63,177 bases of DNA, filler included, from Neolecta irregularis DAH-3 (GCA_001929475.1; 11 parts of 11 records of this genome joined end to end with filler, not necessarily neighbours in it); one strand, 5' to 3'. Positions 42,702-55,119 are shown, numbered from the whole stretch's first letter. Made by a program: numbers and translations. Notes: generated by a model not told the origin, from the sequence alone.

Positions 42702-45221
42702 ATGCCTATATTTGAGAACTCACATAAAAGGCTTACATCTGATGCATTTCGAATCAAGTATATGTCTGAATTGTATTCGAACATATATTTGACAGAATTG
42801 CCCTCAGCCAAGGGTGTATCATCCACAACCAAGGATTTATCAGGATTGTCGTTAACCAAAGATCCGGCTGAATTTTCCTCAATGGAGTACGGCTCCGTAT
42901 TGCACTCCCACGAATCCCGTCTGCAATCTCCGATTTCCGACTTGCCCGACAGTGATAGTTTTAGTTCCGAGTATTCCGATACACTCTCGGATTCGGAAGA
43001 CGACGGCATAGAATTTATCACTTATAAAACATCTGTCATTATTAATACACTTGAGGATGAGGCGTTATTGCATGTAAGCAAAGATAAATCTCCCCTTATT
43101 GTACAAAGGCTACCCCGTGGAGATTTGCAGCCGTTTGATCGTCCTATAGCGGTTATCTTTCCCTCGAAGAAATTCCACGGTGGTCCACCCATATCCACAC
43201 GAGAAAATCTTGCCGCAGGTCAAATGGAATTACAACGAGAAACATCGCTACCGTCTGAAAAGAAATCTGTAATACTACTAAATGAAATGGCGACCAAACG
43301 AAAGATTGGATCTCCCATTGAACATCCTGTCAAAGTCACAGAAGAGAATTCCTTTCCGCCAATTCCAAATGTTTCTCAGTCGAGTATCAAAGCAAAAGAC
43401 CAGGAAACATCTGAACTTACAAGGACGAATGGCAATAATGACAACACTAATTTAACGTGGAGCCAAACGCTTGCTAGAATGATTTCCTTCGCTGACACGC
43501 CGACACCCTTAGCAAAGAACCCCAAAGGTAGGTCCTATAATAATCCTGCAAAGAATATTCCCAAGGAAGTCCTTACTACTGATAGAGGAATCGTCCGGCC
43601 AGCCTCAAAAGTTGCAAAGACTAATGACAGCCATAGCAGAGAGTCTCTTGCAAAAAAAGGTACCCCATCAATGGGTGTTATGAAATCTGTGGCAAATGAT
43701 TCCAAGAACGATTCCGATGGGTTTACTAAGCATGTACCCAAGCAGGTCATCCCGAAAGATAGAAGTATCGAGCGACCTGTCGCAGCCTCAATTGTTGTAA
43801 AGACGAATGACAACGACAGCGGGGTTCTTGTAAAGAAGAATAGTCCTTCTGTTGGTGCTTCAAAATTCGTAGCACATCGACGGAAGGAATATCTCGATAA
43901 TGATCTTGATGTACCCAAGCCTGTCATCACGAAAGATAAAAATATCGACCAGTTTGTCTTGGCCTCAAAAGTTGTAAATATAGATGGCAACACCAGCAAA
44001 TCTCAACCAAGGTCTTCCCTTGTTGCTTCGAAATCCATAGGAAATAGTTGCAAGGAAAATTTCGACAAGTTTCTTGCCAAGAATATGCCCAAAGAAGTCG
44101 TCTCTAAAGATAACAATATCGATCCTCTTCCAAAAAGAGGTAGCCAATCCATTGGTGCTTTGAAATCTGTAGCAAATAATTCCAAGGATGGTCCTAAGAT
44201 GACAGGATCGCAAAGCTCTTTCACATCATTTGGCAAAACATCCCTGAAAGCGAAGGTCAATACGATATATGATCACTTGGATCAAACAAATGTTGTCGAG
44301 AGCACAGATATCTCTGAAAAGGTTCAATCCACTCCTGTTCTAGCATCTAAGAGTGGTGCTTCTGGGAAAGGCAATAAAACAGCCCTAGAGAAAAATGATA
44401 ATAAAAAACCGAAAAAGGGTGGCGATGATAGCGATTTGGATCAGTTTTTAAAATCGTATGTCAAATCACCTGTAGAACTGGATCGAATCACAGACTCGAT
44501 GAACCTACCTAAGATCGAAGTCCCGAAAGTATCATTCTCTTCGCCAGAGTTTGGACAGCTTTATTCAACTTTATCAAATCCTCGAGATATAGTTCCTCTA
44601 AAGCTACTAGATCGCTTCGCGAGGATTTTGTATGCTCAGAGTTCAGAACATTTTAGGAAAACAGTTCTTTTCCTTGACGCAAGTGAAATCGCCCTCGGAA
44701 GGCGTTTATTTGAGGAAACCCATTATGGCAAACATTTTGTATCTTCGGATTTCCTTTGGAACCCCGACACCTGCAAATATCCTGTAGACCGCTTAGTTAT
44801 GTTTTGGGTACCCAAAGAAGAATCTCAGGCAATATTCCTAATCAACATGGAGCTGAAAACTGGACATACAACTGTTAATGGCAAGAAGGAGTTTGAGAAC
44901 GAATTTCTTAAAAATACCTCGGCTCTTTGGGAGCTAATAGGAGTGGTTCTTTCAAATTGTGGTCTTGGTTATCCTCCTACCTTCAAGAAGGTGCGGGCTA
45001 ATTATTCGATTATTGATAACGCAAAATTCCGGGCCTTCGGGTTGGATGCAAATATCTTCCTCGCTGGCGAGGTTATGACAATCATGCAAAATTTGACGCC
45101 AGAATCAACGTATCACCGCACTCAATCTTATAAGAAACCTGTCGAATTCCTTTATATGATGAAAAAGGATATGGCGAGAACCTTGGCGAAACATGCGGGG
45201 AAACATGCGGGGAAAATCTAG
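42702..45221 (+). CDS. Intronless 839-aa hypothetical protein: disordered N-terminal part, four degenerate repeats of about 58 aa, globular C-terminal domain (start may lie in the gap)
   Basis: 2.5-kb open frame. Repeats begin KNIPKEV, KHVPKQV, DVPKPVI and KNMPKEV. Confidence 0.8.
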   Translation: MPIFENSHKRLTSDAFRIKYMSELYSNIYLTELPSAKGVSSTTKDLSGLSLTKDPAEFSSMEYGSVLHSHESRLQSPISDLPDSDSFSSEYSDTLSDSEDDGIEFITYKTSVIINTLEDEALLHVSKDKSPLIVQRLPRGDLQPFDRPIAVIFPSKKFHGGPPISTRENLAAGQMELQRETSLPSEKKSVILLNEMATKRKIGSPIEHPVKVTEENSFPPIPNVSQSSIKAKDQETSELTRTNGNNDNTNLTWSQTLARMISFADTPTPLAKNPKGRSYNNPAKNIPKEVLTTDRGIVRPASKVAKTNDSHSRESLAKKGTPSMGVMKSVANDSKNDSDGFTKHVPKQVIPKDRSIERPVAASIVVKTNDNDSGVLVKKNSPSVGASKFVAHRRKEYLDNDLDVPKPVITKDKNIDQFVLASKVVNIDGNTSKSQPRSSLVASKSIGNSCKENFDKFLAKNMPKEVVSKDNNIDPLPKRGSQSIGALKSVANNSKDGPKMTGSQSSFTSFGKTSLKAKVNTIYDHLDQTNVVESTDISEKVQSTPVLASKSGASGKGNKTALEKNDNKKPKKGGDDSDLDQFLKSYVKSPVELDRITDSMNLPKIEVPKVSFSSPEFGQLYSTLSNPRDIVPLKLLDRFARILYAQSSEHFRKTVLFLDASEIALGRRLFEETHYGKHFVSSDFLWNPDTCKYPVDRLVMFWVPKEESQAIFLINMELKTGHTTVNGKKEFENEFLKNTSALWELIGVVLSNCGLGYPPTFKKVRANYSIIDNAKFRAFGLDANIFLAGEVMTIMQNLTPESTYHRTQSYKKPVEFLYMMKKDMARTLAKHAGKHAGKI

Positions 45222-45841
45222 GCCAAAATTATGTTTTTAGAAATATCAATGTTGCTAGCCTTCTCTATCATAAAAACCTGATTAAAGGACGATACCTAAA
45301 ATGATATTCCAAAATCTCGAAATGTTGGTTGCTAACCGTACCGTTTCACAATTATCATGATCGATCGGTAGTTGCTGGTTTTTGAGATGCTCGTATCCTG
45401 AAAAGATGACTATTCCCATTTGCTATTCTGATTAACAAACTACTGGTCAATACTTTGTTCCTGGTCTTATTATTTATGCATTGTTTTGAGGTTCAATCTG
45501 AGTTGAAGAGTCAGCCTGGATGTATTGGATTATATATTGAATTTCGAGTACTGTCAATCAATATAACCTGATTATTTTGACGTATCATTAAAAGCTTGAC
45601 AGAGTTTGATGTTATTCCTATCAAGGTTACTGTTGAGATGGATTTCGGAGCATAACGGGTGAGTGATGCGATATTACAAGTTGAGGCCTCCAGGTTTATG
45701 CAGTACTCTTTTATAGGTTGAGATGATATTTAATTACATTGAAGTTTAATCTGGGTACTAGAATTTAGTATTGGCGGATTTTCTTTCAAGGCGTGTGGAA
45801 GGGCCTAGAGGGAAACCGGAATAACAAGAGAACCATGGAGA

Positions 45842-47003
45842 TCAAGGTTCAAGATGGGATTGCCACCATGGCAGTGTACGTATTCTTGCCACTGCCTGTT
45901 TCGAAATACATAATGCTGCATCGATATCGTTTAGTCCATGTTCATTAGATAATGCCAGCGAGGCAAGACCTAGATATGAATGGAGAATATCTACCGTGAG
46001 CTCTGGAGAAAAAAAAAGGTACCGGGGTAAGTATCTGGGGTTTTTCCGAACCCGCCCAACTTGTGCTGTGTTTTTTCAAAGAGGAAATTTCGGTTTTCAC
46101 TGATTGGAACGAGATGAGCGAAACCGAGAATCTGTATTTGTAAGGGATATTTGATACTGGCATACTTGGATGGAACCACCGGCCCAAAAAGAATAACATG
46201 TATCTGCGGGTTTATTCACTCTACCATTGAACCCGCCGTTATCAACAAGTTGTCGTTGGAGCAACCAGTGTAACGTCTTGTCTTTACAATCCAAATCGTC
46301 GAGCTTGCCAAGTAATTTGAGAGCAGCGAGGGCACAAAAAGTAAGACCAGCTATTCCGTTAATATGAACGACAAAGGCACGAACCGTGAGATTCACTTCC
46401 AACCGCCTGCCCAATTCCATAATCGTAATTCTACAAGCTTAGAAAAGAGGGAAACAAGGATTGTACTCTGATTGCGCGAATATACTGGACCACACGGTCC
46501 GAATCGATTGTTGAACCGTGGAGAATATACTGAATCGCCGAGGCACAATAAATAAACCGTAAATCAACTTCACCGTGTCTAACTCCCTCAAACACCACTG
46601 GCGCAAAACTTCCATCGTCTCTTTGAAAGCTAGACAAGGAACGCAATATACCGTCACGATCGACACTACTCAAATCATCTCCCAAAACAATCAACATGGT
46701 TAGGGCGAAAAAAGTCGCGGCGAGATGGGGAGGATCGTATTTTGACGGAGAGGGTAATTTCAACGAAGGGGATCCTCGGAATCCGCCTGGAATCTGACAC
46801 GAGTAAATCCATTTAATCCAATTTAATCTGCGCAGCGGGGTTGTATCGGTGTATAACGTATTCAATAAATCTAACCCGCAGACGCCAAAATACGCCAACG
46901 TCAGCCGCGAGGAATCGTTGGGTGTGTATTGATGAGGAAGGATATTTACGCAGCGTAAAAAGAACCTTGTATGGAGTTGTACATCGAGTGATGACGAGGG
47001 CAT
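45842..47003 (-). CDS. CDC43: Geranylgeranyltransferase type I beta subunit
   Basis: NDSSRLTLAYF..GLDLL, GGFRGSP, DLRFIYCA, GFNGRVNKPADTCYSFWAG, DILHSYLGLA. Confidence 0.92.
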
Positions 47004-47067
47004 GCTTTATAATATACGTTTGTTCGTGAATAGCCGCGTTGTCATGTGATTACAGACGTATCCTGTG

Positions 47068-47328
47068 ATGTCCAGCAAAAAAAGTACGCAACCGACAGGA
47101 GTTATTGCTGATATTGCAGAAGCTCATACTAGTCCGCACACCGCTAAATTTATCTCGATGCGAGTGAAACAAGGGACAAGAGTCAAGACAGGGGATGTTG
47201 TTGCTGTTCTTGAACATTTGAAAACGGTGGTAAAAATCACTGCGAGTGTACCTGGAATTGTACGATTCCGTGCTGTCGAAGGACAAATGGTGTCTATTGG
47301 GGAGGTGGTATTTGATATTGAAGAGTGA
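47068..47328 (+). CDS. Small stand-alone biotinyl/lipoyl-attachment-like domain protein (86 aa)
   Basis: SPHTAKF..VKQGTRVKTGDVVAVLEHLKTVVKITASVPGIV..VEGQMVSIGEVVFDIE fits the biotinyl/lipoyl fold pattern. Confidence 0.75.
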   Translation: MSSKKSTQPTGVIADIAEAHTSPHTAKFISMRVKQGTRVKTGDVVAVLEHLKTVVKITASVPGIVRFRAVEGQMVSIGEVVFDIEE

Positions 47329-47517
47329 CGAAAGAAGGAAAGATTTAAATTTGTTTCATGACTACATTTCTTCCAGGAGATAATCTCGAGTAATCTTTTT
47401 ATACCGACGACGACTTTTCTCGACAATTTTCCAAGCCAAAAAGACTCCGGTCAAAGCTATACATAAAAAAGCCATTTTTTCAAGAGTCGAAAAGTTGGTA
47501 TTGGCATCGCCGTCTAG

Positions 47518-48363
47518 TCACAATTCATTATGAAAGGGTGCGTCGATTGGGATTTCTCCACAGTCGGCAATAGTTATATCCAAGACGGGTTTGTCATTCT
47601 TGGTTTCTGCATTTTCCATCTTTTTAACGATATCCGAGCCGGAGAGGACCTGCAGGTTAACACTGATACCTGGAGGCATACCTCTCCAAAGACTACGTGA
47701 CGGTTGTCTAACCAGCTAGTAACAACAGTCGTTATAAAAAACTATATTCTCAACGTGAATAGGAAGACAGCGATACTTGACCTGATATTAGCAATTTTAA
47801 AAGGGAGGTGAATACTTCCGTTGGTGTCTTTTCCAGCATTGGCCATAGACAACAGACTTGAATTAGACTAAAAACAAAATCACGTACAAAGGTCTAGAGT
47901 GAGTCAATTTGAAATTTTCATCCTCGAATTTAGGCCCGTAGACTGTGTGTCAGAAACTCAAGGAGGGGAAATACTCGAACTGCCACCTCTTCCATCCCCG
48001 CTTTCGAAATCTAGGTAAGCAATGGGAAAAACAAGATAATACCGCCCCCCTGAATCATAAACTAGGAATCAGCAAGTAGAAAAGGACTAGGCGACATCTT
48101 TGATGATACGATGGAAGGAACTGCCTTTATACCCAAAGCCTTTTTCTCCGGTGCACAATGCGCGGAAATTCTCCGCTGTTTTAGGGACCGTTTTTCCAAA
48201 CAGTCCGAATACTATTTCTCCCAATTCTTCATTTCCATGGACGACTTTAAAGAAGACTAGATTAATTAGACGAGAAACGAGGTCGGGGACCCTTGGATGT
48301 GATTAGGGGGGTGGTAGTGGCGAAAACTGTGGTGAAAAAGAGGAGAAGAGATGGGAGATGCAT
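47518..48363 (-). CDS. CPR5: ER cyclophilin B (PPIase), 9 exons
   Basis: Signal peptide, [58 protein letters not shown], and C-terminal HNEL. Confidence 0.92.
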
Positions 48364-48427
48364 GGTTGGTGAGTTGAATTCACATGGATTTTTAATACCA
48401 ATACAAACAGGCATTGAATATATATTT

Positions 48428-48529
48428 GACATTTCTGATAATAACAGTGAATATATATTGACATCTGATAATAAACAGTGAATATAGACATCTCTGATAA
48501 TAAACAGTGAATATAGACATCTCTGATAA
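48428..48529. repeat. Tandem repeat of about 29 bp at a contig end
   Basis: GACATCTCTGATAATAAACAGTGAATATA-like unit, about 3.5 copies. Confidence 0.85.
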
Positions 48530-49254
48530 NNNNNNNNNNNNNNNNNNNNNNNNNNNNNNNNNNNNNNNNNNNNTTAATTAATTAANNNNNNNNNNNNNNN
48601 NNNNNNNNNNNNNNNNNNNNNNNNNNNNNACTTACCTAGCCAAGTACGTTTACTTAGGCTAGTTATATCACTTGGTCTTATCGTACTTCTAAGCGTCTAG
48701 CCCTGGGAATGGGAAATCAAAAGTTTACCTAGTTGATCACAATCGGAAGTTTTTGGTACTTATTTGTTGAGAACTTTTCAACTATCAACCTGTATAAAGG
48801 ATCGTATTTCCAACTGTGAAGCCGAGATAAGCCGAGATAGGCCGATAAGATAAGGTATTATGTTTAATATTTAGGCCTACCAAAGTAAATGCAATAATAT
48901 CATCATCTCTGACAAACACCAACCCTCCTTGTGACCCTTGTGTTATCGCTGCTGCTGGGTCTGGATCTTCTAGATGACAAATTTAAGACGACAGCGAATT
49001 TGGATTGTAAAACATTCGTTGAATCACCCAAAGAACTAGTCACTGCAGGTTACAAATAAACAGATTTTATGAAATGCATTGATACTTGTTAAAAACACTT
49101 TTAGCTTCCAAGTTTTGCTCCCCGGTCCATCCATCAATGACATTTCACCACAGCGAAAAAAAGATACAGAAAGAAGAGACCGCAACGAAAACAGAAAAGT
49201 TAAAAATGAATACCTTTTCAGCTTTTCTGAAAAAAGACTGGGGAGTGACTTGTT

Positions 49255-51534
49255 TCAATCAGATATCCAAACGACGAGAACACTACCAACACCCAATAGA
49301 CAACTAACTCCAAACCCTACACCTGCAATTAACCCCGCGTCACTCGCCCTCAGTAAAAAGTTGACAGTTACAAATGCTGAAAAAGCCATTGCTAGACAGG
49401 CGCCAAGGGAGGCTATAGTAAACGCTACATTTTCCGCTTCAATGTAGAGACCAGCCATCATAGTACCAATAATAACAGAAGCGACGACAAACATGCAGAG
49501 AAGATATCCTCGAAATAAAAGATTCCCTCTGAAAGTCGAAGTGTACATGGGTACCGTCCCGTATTCCGAGAAAAATGCTTCTTGGTCCTCGTCAGAATCA
49601 TCGAGCTCCTGTTTATTAAAAAGATTCTTTAGACTAATTGCTGATTTTTTGACTTGGATTCTCATTCTTCGTGTTATTCGTCTTCCAAAGCCTGTGTCTT
49701 TGTTTTCATTATCGGATGACAGTAGGTCTTCTGCGGTATGCCTTGACGGCGCCAAAAGCCGAGTATGTTCGTTTATTTGGACGGTAAAAGCTCGTTTGCG
49801 GTCACGTTCGTCCTGGTCTAGTTCGTTCCAATATTTGACTTCACAGGTGGTTGCTACTCGAGAATGGGATGCAGAGGTATTCGACGAGGTTTGATGGTGT
49901 TCATCTCCAGTTGCATCGCCCGTTGAAGCACCCGTCGACGAACTGGGTTTTTTGAAATGAACAACTGCAGGTCTACGAAGAAGGTGAGTTTGATGTTTCT
50001 GTGGCGGGGTTTTCCGAATGTCTTTTTGAAGAAGAGAAACCCAGGTTGGGAGAAGTAGTCTAGTTGAAGGACATAGAGTTGCAACTCCGTGGACGTAGGG
50101 CGAAAACCCAGATACTCGTTCAACCTATATTCAGCGTATTTAAAAGTCGAAAGGTACAAGGTGACTGCAATCCAACTCGTGAACAAGGCGCGGTGCTTCA
50201 TTCTGCCATTCTATTTCAAGGATAACATGAGGAAAGGCAGTTTCTTTTTCTTCTTTATCGTTGTTGATATATGATAATTTTACATCTTGAGACAGCGACG
50301 CAGTGATAACATCAAACCCACGTTCTTGGGCGAACAAGGTTTGTGAAGATTGCATCTTGATTACTGGCCGAGCTTTTGTGGTAGTGATCCAAGCGACGAC
50401 AGCATGAGCTGCTTGAATCCACCCTTCCATGTCCTTGGAACTGACAATGTCATTTGCGTAACTGTGAATGGTGTTGGCGTCAAGACGGCCCTCCAAGAAC
50501 TCTTCGACCCACTCATATTTTATAGGAAGAAGATTAATGCGACTTTCATCATGAATGTCTGGTGTGCTGATGCTGACTTCAGCGCATTCAAGACTTTGAA
50601 TGACGCCGAGTTTACCTTTTGTGTCCTCTGCATTAATCAATCCAGAGTACGCTTCGAGATCGGGAGAGTCAAGATACAAAAGATCACATGCCTGCTGAGC
50701 GTCTTTCAAGGGAAGATGTCTCAAAATGAGCAACTCTGCTTCCACAAAATTGTCGGTATGGATCCAAAATGTAACCTTGTTGAATTCAGGCGGCTCAAAG
50801 GCGGTTAGGTCTGCGACCCGGGCTTTTGACGGATGTTGTTTACGAGGGCCTTTGTGTCTAACCGCATCGTATAAAGCAGATATATCTAATAATACCGCAT
50901 TGAAATCCAGCCTCTTATGAAATGGATGCTTTCGTTCAAGAATGGGTTGAAATTTTTCACTTAGAGAGGGACGGCAATGATTGGTACACCATTTCTGATG
51001 CTTCTTTAGAAGTTTCTTAAATCCTACAAATGAGACGAAAACGGAAAAGATGTACCGGTTCTTTGGACACCGACAAAGCGAGCCAGAGATTGAACGTCTC
51101 GTGTAATGCTGAGCCTGTTAGAAAACAAGACAGAGGATGTTACCCGTCGATTTCTTCGTTCACCTTGATGAATTGTTTGAGATGCTGAGGAGACTTTGCG
51201 GCGGACAGTCGATATAGATCCTCGACGGATTTTTGGCAGTCCTCTAAAATTCAGTGTTGTGGGAAAATGGAGCAAAACGTACGTATTCTCCCTTCGAGCT
51301 CTAGAGCCTTTGTTTTGACAAAGTTGTCAATCTGGAAACGAGTGAGCGGGGCAGTATTAAGTGAAATACGCTTGCAGCCTCGTCCTGCAGCAGGCGGGCG
51401 AGGTGTTCCTCGTCTGGGGTAGAGCATCCGCGGGTTGTGGCTTCCTTGATAACGTTTTTAATATCGTTGTACTGCAGATTGTAGTGTTTCCACTGCGCTG
51501 CACTACGAAGCGACAGGACTGAGCCAAACTTCAT
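49255..51534 (-). CDS. VTC5: SPX + VTC-like domain membrane protein (Vtc5-like)
   Basis: MKFG..QWKHYNLQYNDIKNVIK SPX start, SLARFVGVQRTGFKKL, YLDSPDL..FPHVILEIEW, and three C-terminal TM helices. Confidence 0.7.
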
Positions 51535-51720
51535 TGCCGGGGCAAAGGCAGATCAACGGGTTTGCGAGATAGGGAGGACGGGAGGACGGGAGGTGGGGAA
51601 GGGAAGTTTGTTAATTTAGACGTTGCGCCGCTACCTATTTGCGTCCGCCTGTTATCTTGAGTCATCTCCACACCTTCCAAATTTTTTTTTTCGCTTGATT
51701 CACACCTGCATTCCCATTCC

Positions 51721-53553
51721 ATGCCCAGGCTATTCTATTCTCTCCTGCGACTGCGTTTGATTGTCCCTGCTCGTTTGATTGTCCCTGCTCGTTTGATTGT
51801 CCCTGCTCGTCCAATCTACACAAACGCCAAACAAAAGCGACAATTATTCCGGCCGCTAATAATTCTTCCTCTGTTTGCGGGCGCCCTCGCCGTGCATGAC
51901 ACATACTTTAACGCCCAGGTGCTCAGACGGACGTTGCGGTACTACTTACTCCTGGCGAAATTTGATAGTATGTAGAACCGCCTATACCGGTGTCGCGATC
52001 GCCGTCGATTACAAAGTTTGTTTCTACCGCTATCCACCGCTTATCATAGTTAAATTTCAGCCCCGAGAACCCAGATCAAATACACGAACGCGTAGCTGAG
52101 CGATTAGCCGATTTAATTCGCAGAAATGGCGGATTGTATATTAAACTCGGCCAGGCGGTTGCCAACAATGCACGCAACTTGCGATATTTAGCTTACCCAT
52201 TTGCAGGCTGCTGTTTTACCGAAACCGTATGCTCGGTTATTTTCTAGTTTGTACGACGAAGCTCCTCAAGTTCCGTGGTCAATCGTGCAAACTCTTATTA
52301 TCCAAGAATTCGGCAAACGACCCAGCGAGTTATTTTCGCATATAAGTAAACGGGCGAATGCAAGTGCGAGTATTGCGCAAGTGCATAAAGCTGTTCTTCG
52401 AGATACAGGACAAGTAGTAGCTCTTAAAGGTATTATTCTGTGGTTCCTGGTTGATGATAGTTCAAAAACCTGATATTCGAAAACAAATGGAGTGGGATCT
52501 TTGGTCGTACAAGTGTTTGATGTATATCTACGACAAATACCTCTTTGATCTTCCACTTTATTTCACGGTCGATTATATATCGAAACATATCCGTGCTGAA
52601 ACCAATTTCGTTCAAGAAGCTCGGAATTCGATGGAATCAGCAGGATATATATACAATGACAAACACCTGCAGGATAAAATATATGTACCCAGGATATATT
52701 GGGATCTTACTACGGAGCGGATTATGACTGCGGAATGGATTGATGGATGTAAAGCCAACGATGAACGGCAGATTCGCAAAATGGGACTGAGTGTCGGACA
52801 AGTCATGACGAACATGATTGAGCTATTCTCTAGACAAATATTTGATTATGGCTTTTTACATTGGTATGGAGATTCTTTGCTGAAGCTGACTGTTTGAGTG
52901 ATCCGAATCCCGGGAATATGTTGATCCGCCCGAGTCCTAATGATCGGTCTCGGGTGCAAATAGTGTTACTGGACCACGGATTGTATACGCGTCTCGATCC
53001 AGATTTCCAGTCATCGTATGCCAAATTCTGGAAAGCAGCAGTCAGCTCCGATACAGCTGCTCTTTCCTCGATTACCGAGTCGTGGGGAGTGCGCTCTACG
53101 GGGTTATTGGCAAGCGCTGTGTTGCTGAGACCGTATATACCAGAGAGTGATTTGAGCACTTTTGAAAGACAGGTCGAGTTGAAACAAAAGATCAAGGAGT
53201 TTTTATATGATCAGGAACGGTTACCAAAAGAGCTTATTTTCATTACGAGGACGTGGAGGATGTTGCAGAACAATAATCAAGTGCTGGGGTCACCGGTGAA
53301 CCGGATATCTCTTATCGCTCATTCTGCGTCTCGGAGTATTGTTACGAAAGCAGACGGTTGGCGAGATTGGGCCCGTTTGGAATGGAGACATTTGAAGTTT
53401 CTCGGGGTATTGGTGCTTTTTGATGTACAGTTTTATTGGACGCGGGCCAAACAGTTTATAGGGAAAAAGGATGGATTTGAGGATGTATTGGAAAGACAGA
53501 TCAAGGGAATTGCAAAACAGGTTCTGGGGATCGATTTAGAGGACGATGTGTAG
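51721..53553 (+). CDS. MCP2: ABC1/UbiB atypical kinase (Mcp2/ADCK1-like)
   Basis: NGGLYIKLGQ, ASASIAQVHKA, VALKVQKP, TAEWIDG, HCDPNPGN, LLDHGLY. Confidence 0.85.
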
Positions 53554-53642
53554 ATAATAATAGATAATTAAAACGCGTCGGCAGCAAGCTTGGTTGATCA
53601 GGGGATGAGGATATGATACCACCGCAAGGAGTGCGACCGCAA

Positions 53643-53750
53643 CTAGGCACTGGGATGGGCAGATACAGTACAATGGATGGGCAGATACAGTACAATGGAT
53701 GGGCAGATACTAGCAGGATGGATACTAAGATGGGCACGGATAATGGGCAG
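53643..53750. repeat. Degenerate 22-bp tandem repeat / element remnant
   Basis: GATGGGCAGATACAGTACAATG, about 2.5 copies. Confidence 0.7.
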
Positions 53751-54062
53751 GGTTTGTAGGGGTGCGAGAGGCACCGTATGCGATGGCGCCTCCCCTGTTT
53801 GCGGGGCTAGCAGCACCCTTGTGCGGCTTGCGAACAACCAGCGTCTGCAGAGAAACCAGCCAGGCCGCGGCGAGAGCGACAGCGGGGCACGAACAGGCGA
53901 GGCCTGTGTCTGGCGGCAGCACGGCGAGAGGCCGGAGGGGGGACGGGAAGGGGGGAGTCACGGGACGGCGGAGATTTGGCAGCGAGGTGTTGTGCAGATC
54001 ATGTTTTGCTAGACGGGAGCGGCAAGGGGCAGCAGCACCCTCTTTGGGCTGCGAGGGGCTCC

Positions 54063-54109
54063 GGGCAGGGCAGGGCAGGGCAGGGCAGGGCAGGGCAGGG
54101 CAGGGCAGG
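54063..54109 (+). repeat. (GGGCA)n microsatellite at a contig end
   Basis: At least 9 perfect copies; G-quadruplex-prone. Confidence 0.95.
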
Positions 54110-54209
54110 NNNNNNNNNNNNNNNNNNNNNNNNNNNNNNNNNNNNNNNNNNNNTTAATTAATTAANNNNNNNNNNNNNNNNNNNNNNNNNNNNNNNNNNN
54201 NNNNNNNNN

Positions 54210-54431
54210 CCCGCCGCCGCCGCCGCAGCACGCACCAGCTGCTGCACTGCCGCCGCCGCCGCCGTGTGCCTGCGCCTGCAGCCGCGTCTTGACCACGTCC
54301 AGCGGCGTCGCTAGCGTCAGCGCCCCTCGCACACAGTGCGTACCCAGCAGCGACGTCATCAGCGCGCCCGTCACGGCACTCGCACACCTCTGCGCCATCG
54401 ACAGCTGCGGCGGGGGACTGTCGGCGCACAT
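54210..54431 (-). CDS. MTM1: 5' fragment of a mitochondrial carrier (Mtm1/SLC25A39-like)
   Basis: SAVTGALMTSLL[33-nt intron]ATPLDVVKTRLQ carries the PxDxxK/R carrier signature, followed by a CC-containing loop. Confidence 0.7.
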
Positions 54432-54907
54432 TTGGAGGCGTGTCGTTGTCCTGCGCCAGGAATTTTCTTCCTTCCGCGCCCTGTACAGATATCCGAGTCG
54501 CCGATAACGCTGCAGCCAAATGTCCATGCACCTACTATCTTGTCAAATCCTGGGTAATGCCCCGCCCGTAGAAATATTATTTCGCCCAGGCCTGCCGCCT
54601 CTGCTCGATCAGAGCACGTGCACGAGATTCAATACACCGCACGTGCACGGCGATTCTAAAATTGGAGGCTCCTACTAATTACCGCGCCCTTGAATATTCA
54701 GTCGAGTCCAGTGACGCCTATATCCGGTGCGATCCTTCTGGACGCTCCATGCCGAGTCACGTATATTGTATCCCTTGTTTCCCATATCAAGGTCTTATCC
54801 TGATCGACTATATCAACGTGTCAATCTCAGTTCAAAAATGTTACCATATTTCACAACGATATATTCCGTATATCAGACACCGTCGCATCAGCTGGATGTA
54901 AGCTAGG

Positions 54908-55088
54908 AGGTAATGGGTGATGGTAATGGGTGATGGTAATGGGTGATGGTAACAGGTAATGGTGGCTAGGTATGGTGACAGGAATGGTGGCTAGGTATGG
55001 TGACAAGTAATGGTGACAGGTAATGGTGACAGGAATGGTGGCTAGGTATGGTGACAGGAATGGTGGCTAGGTATGGTGACAGGTAATG
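54908..55088. repeat. Compound 13-bp / 25-bp G-rich tandem repeats
   Basis: GGTAATGGGTGAT x3, then GGTGGCTAGGTATGGTGACAGGAAT about x4. Confidence 0.85.
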
Positions 55089-55119
55089 CCTGCCAGTATT
55101 AGTATATCAACTCCATCTG

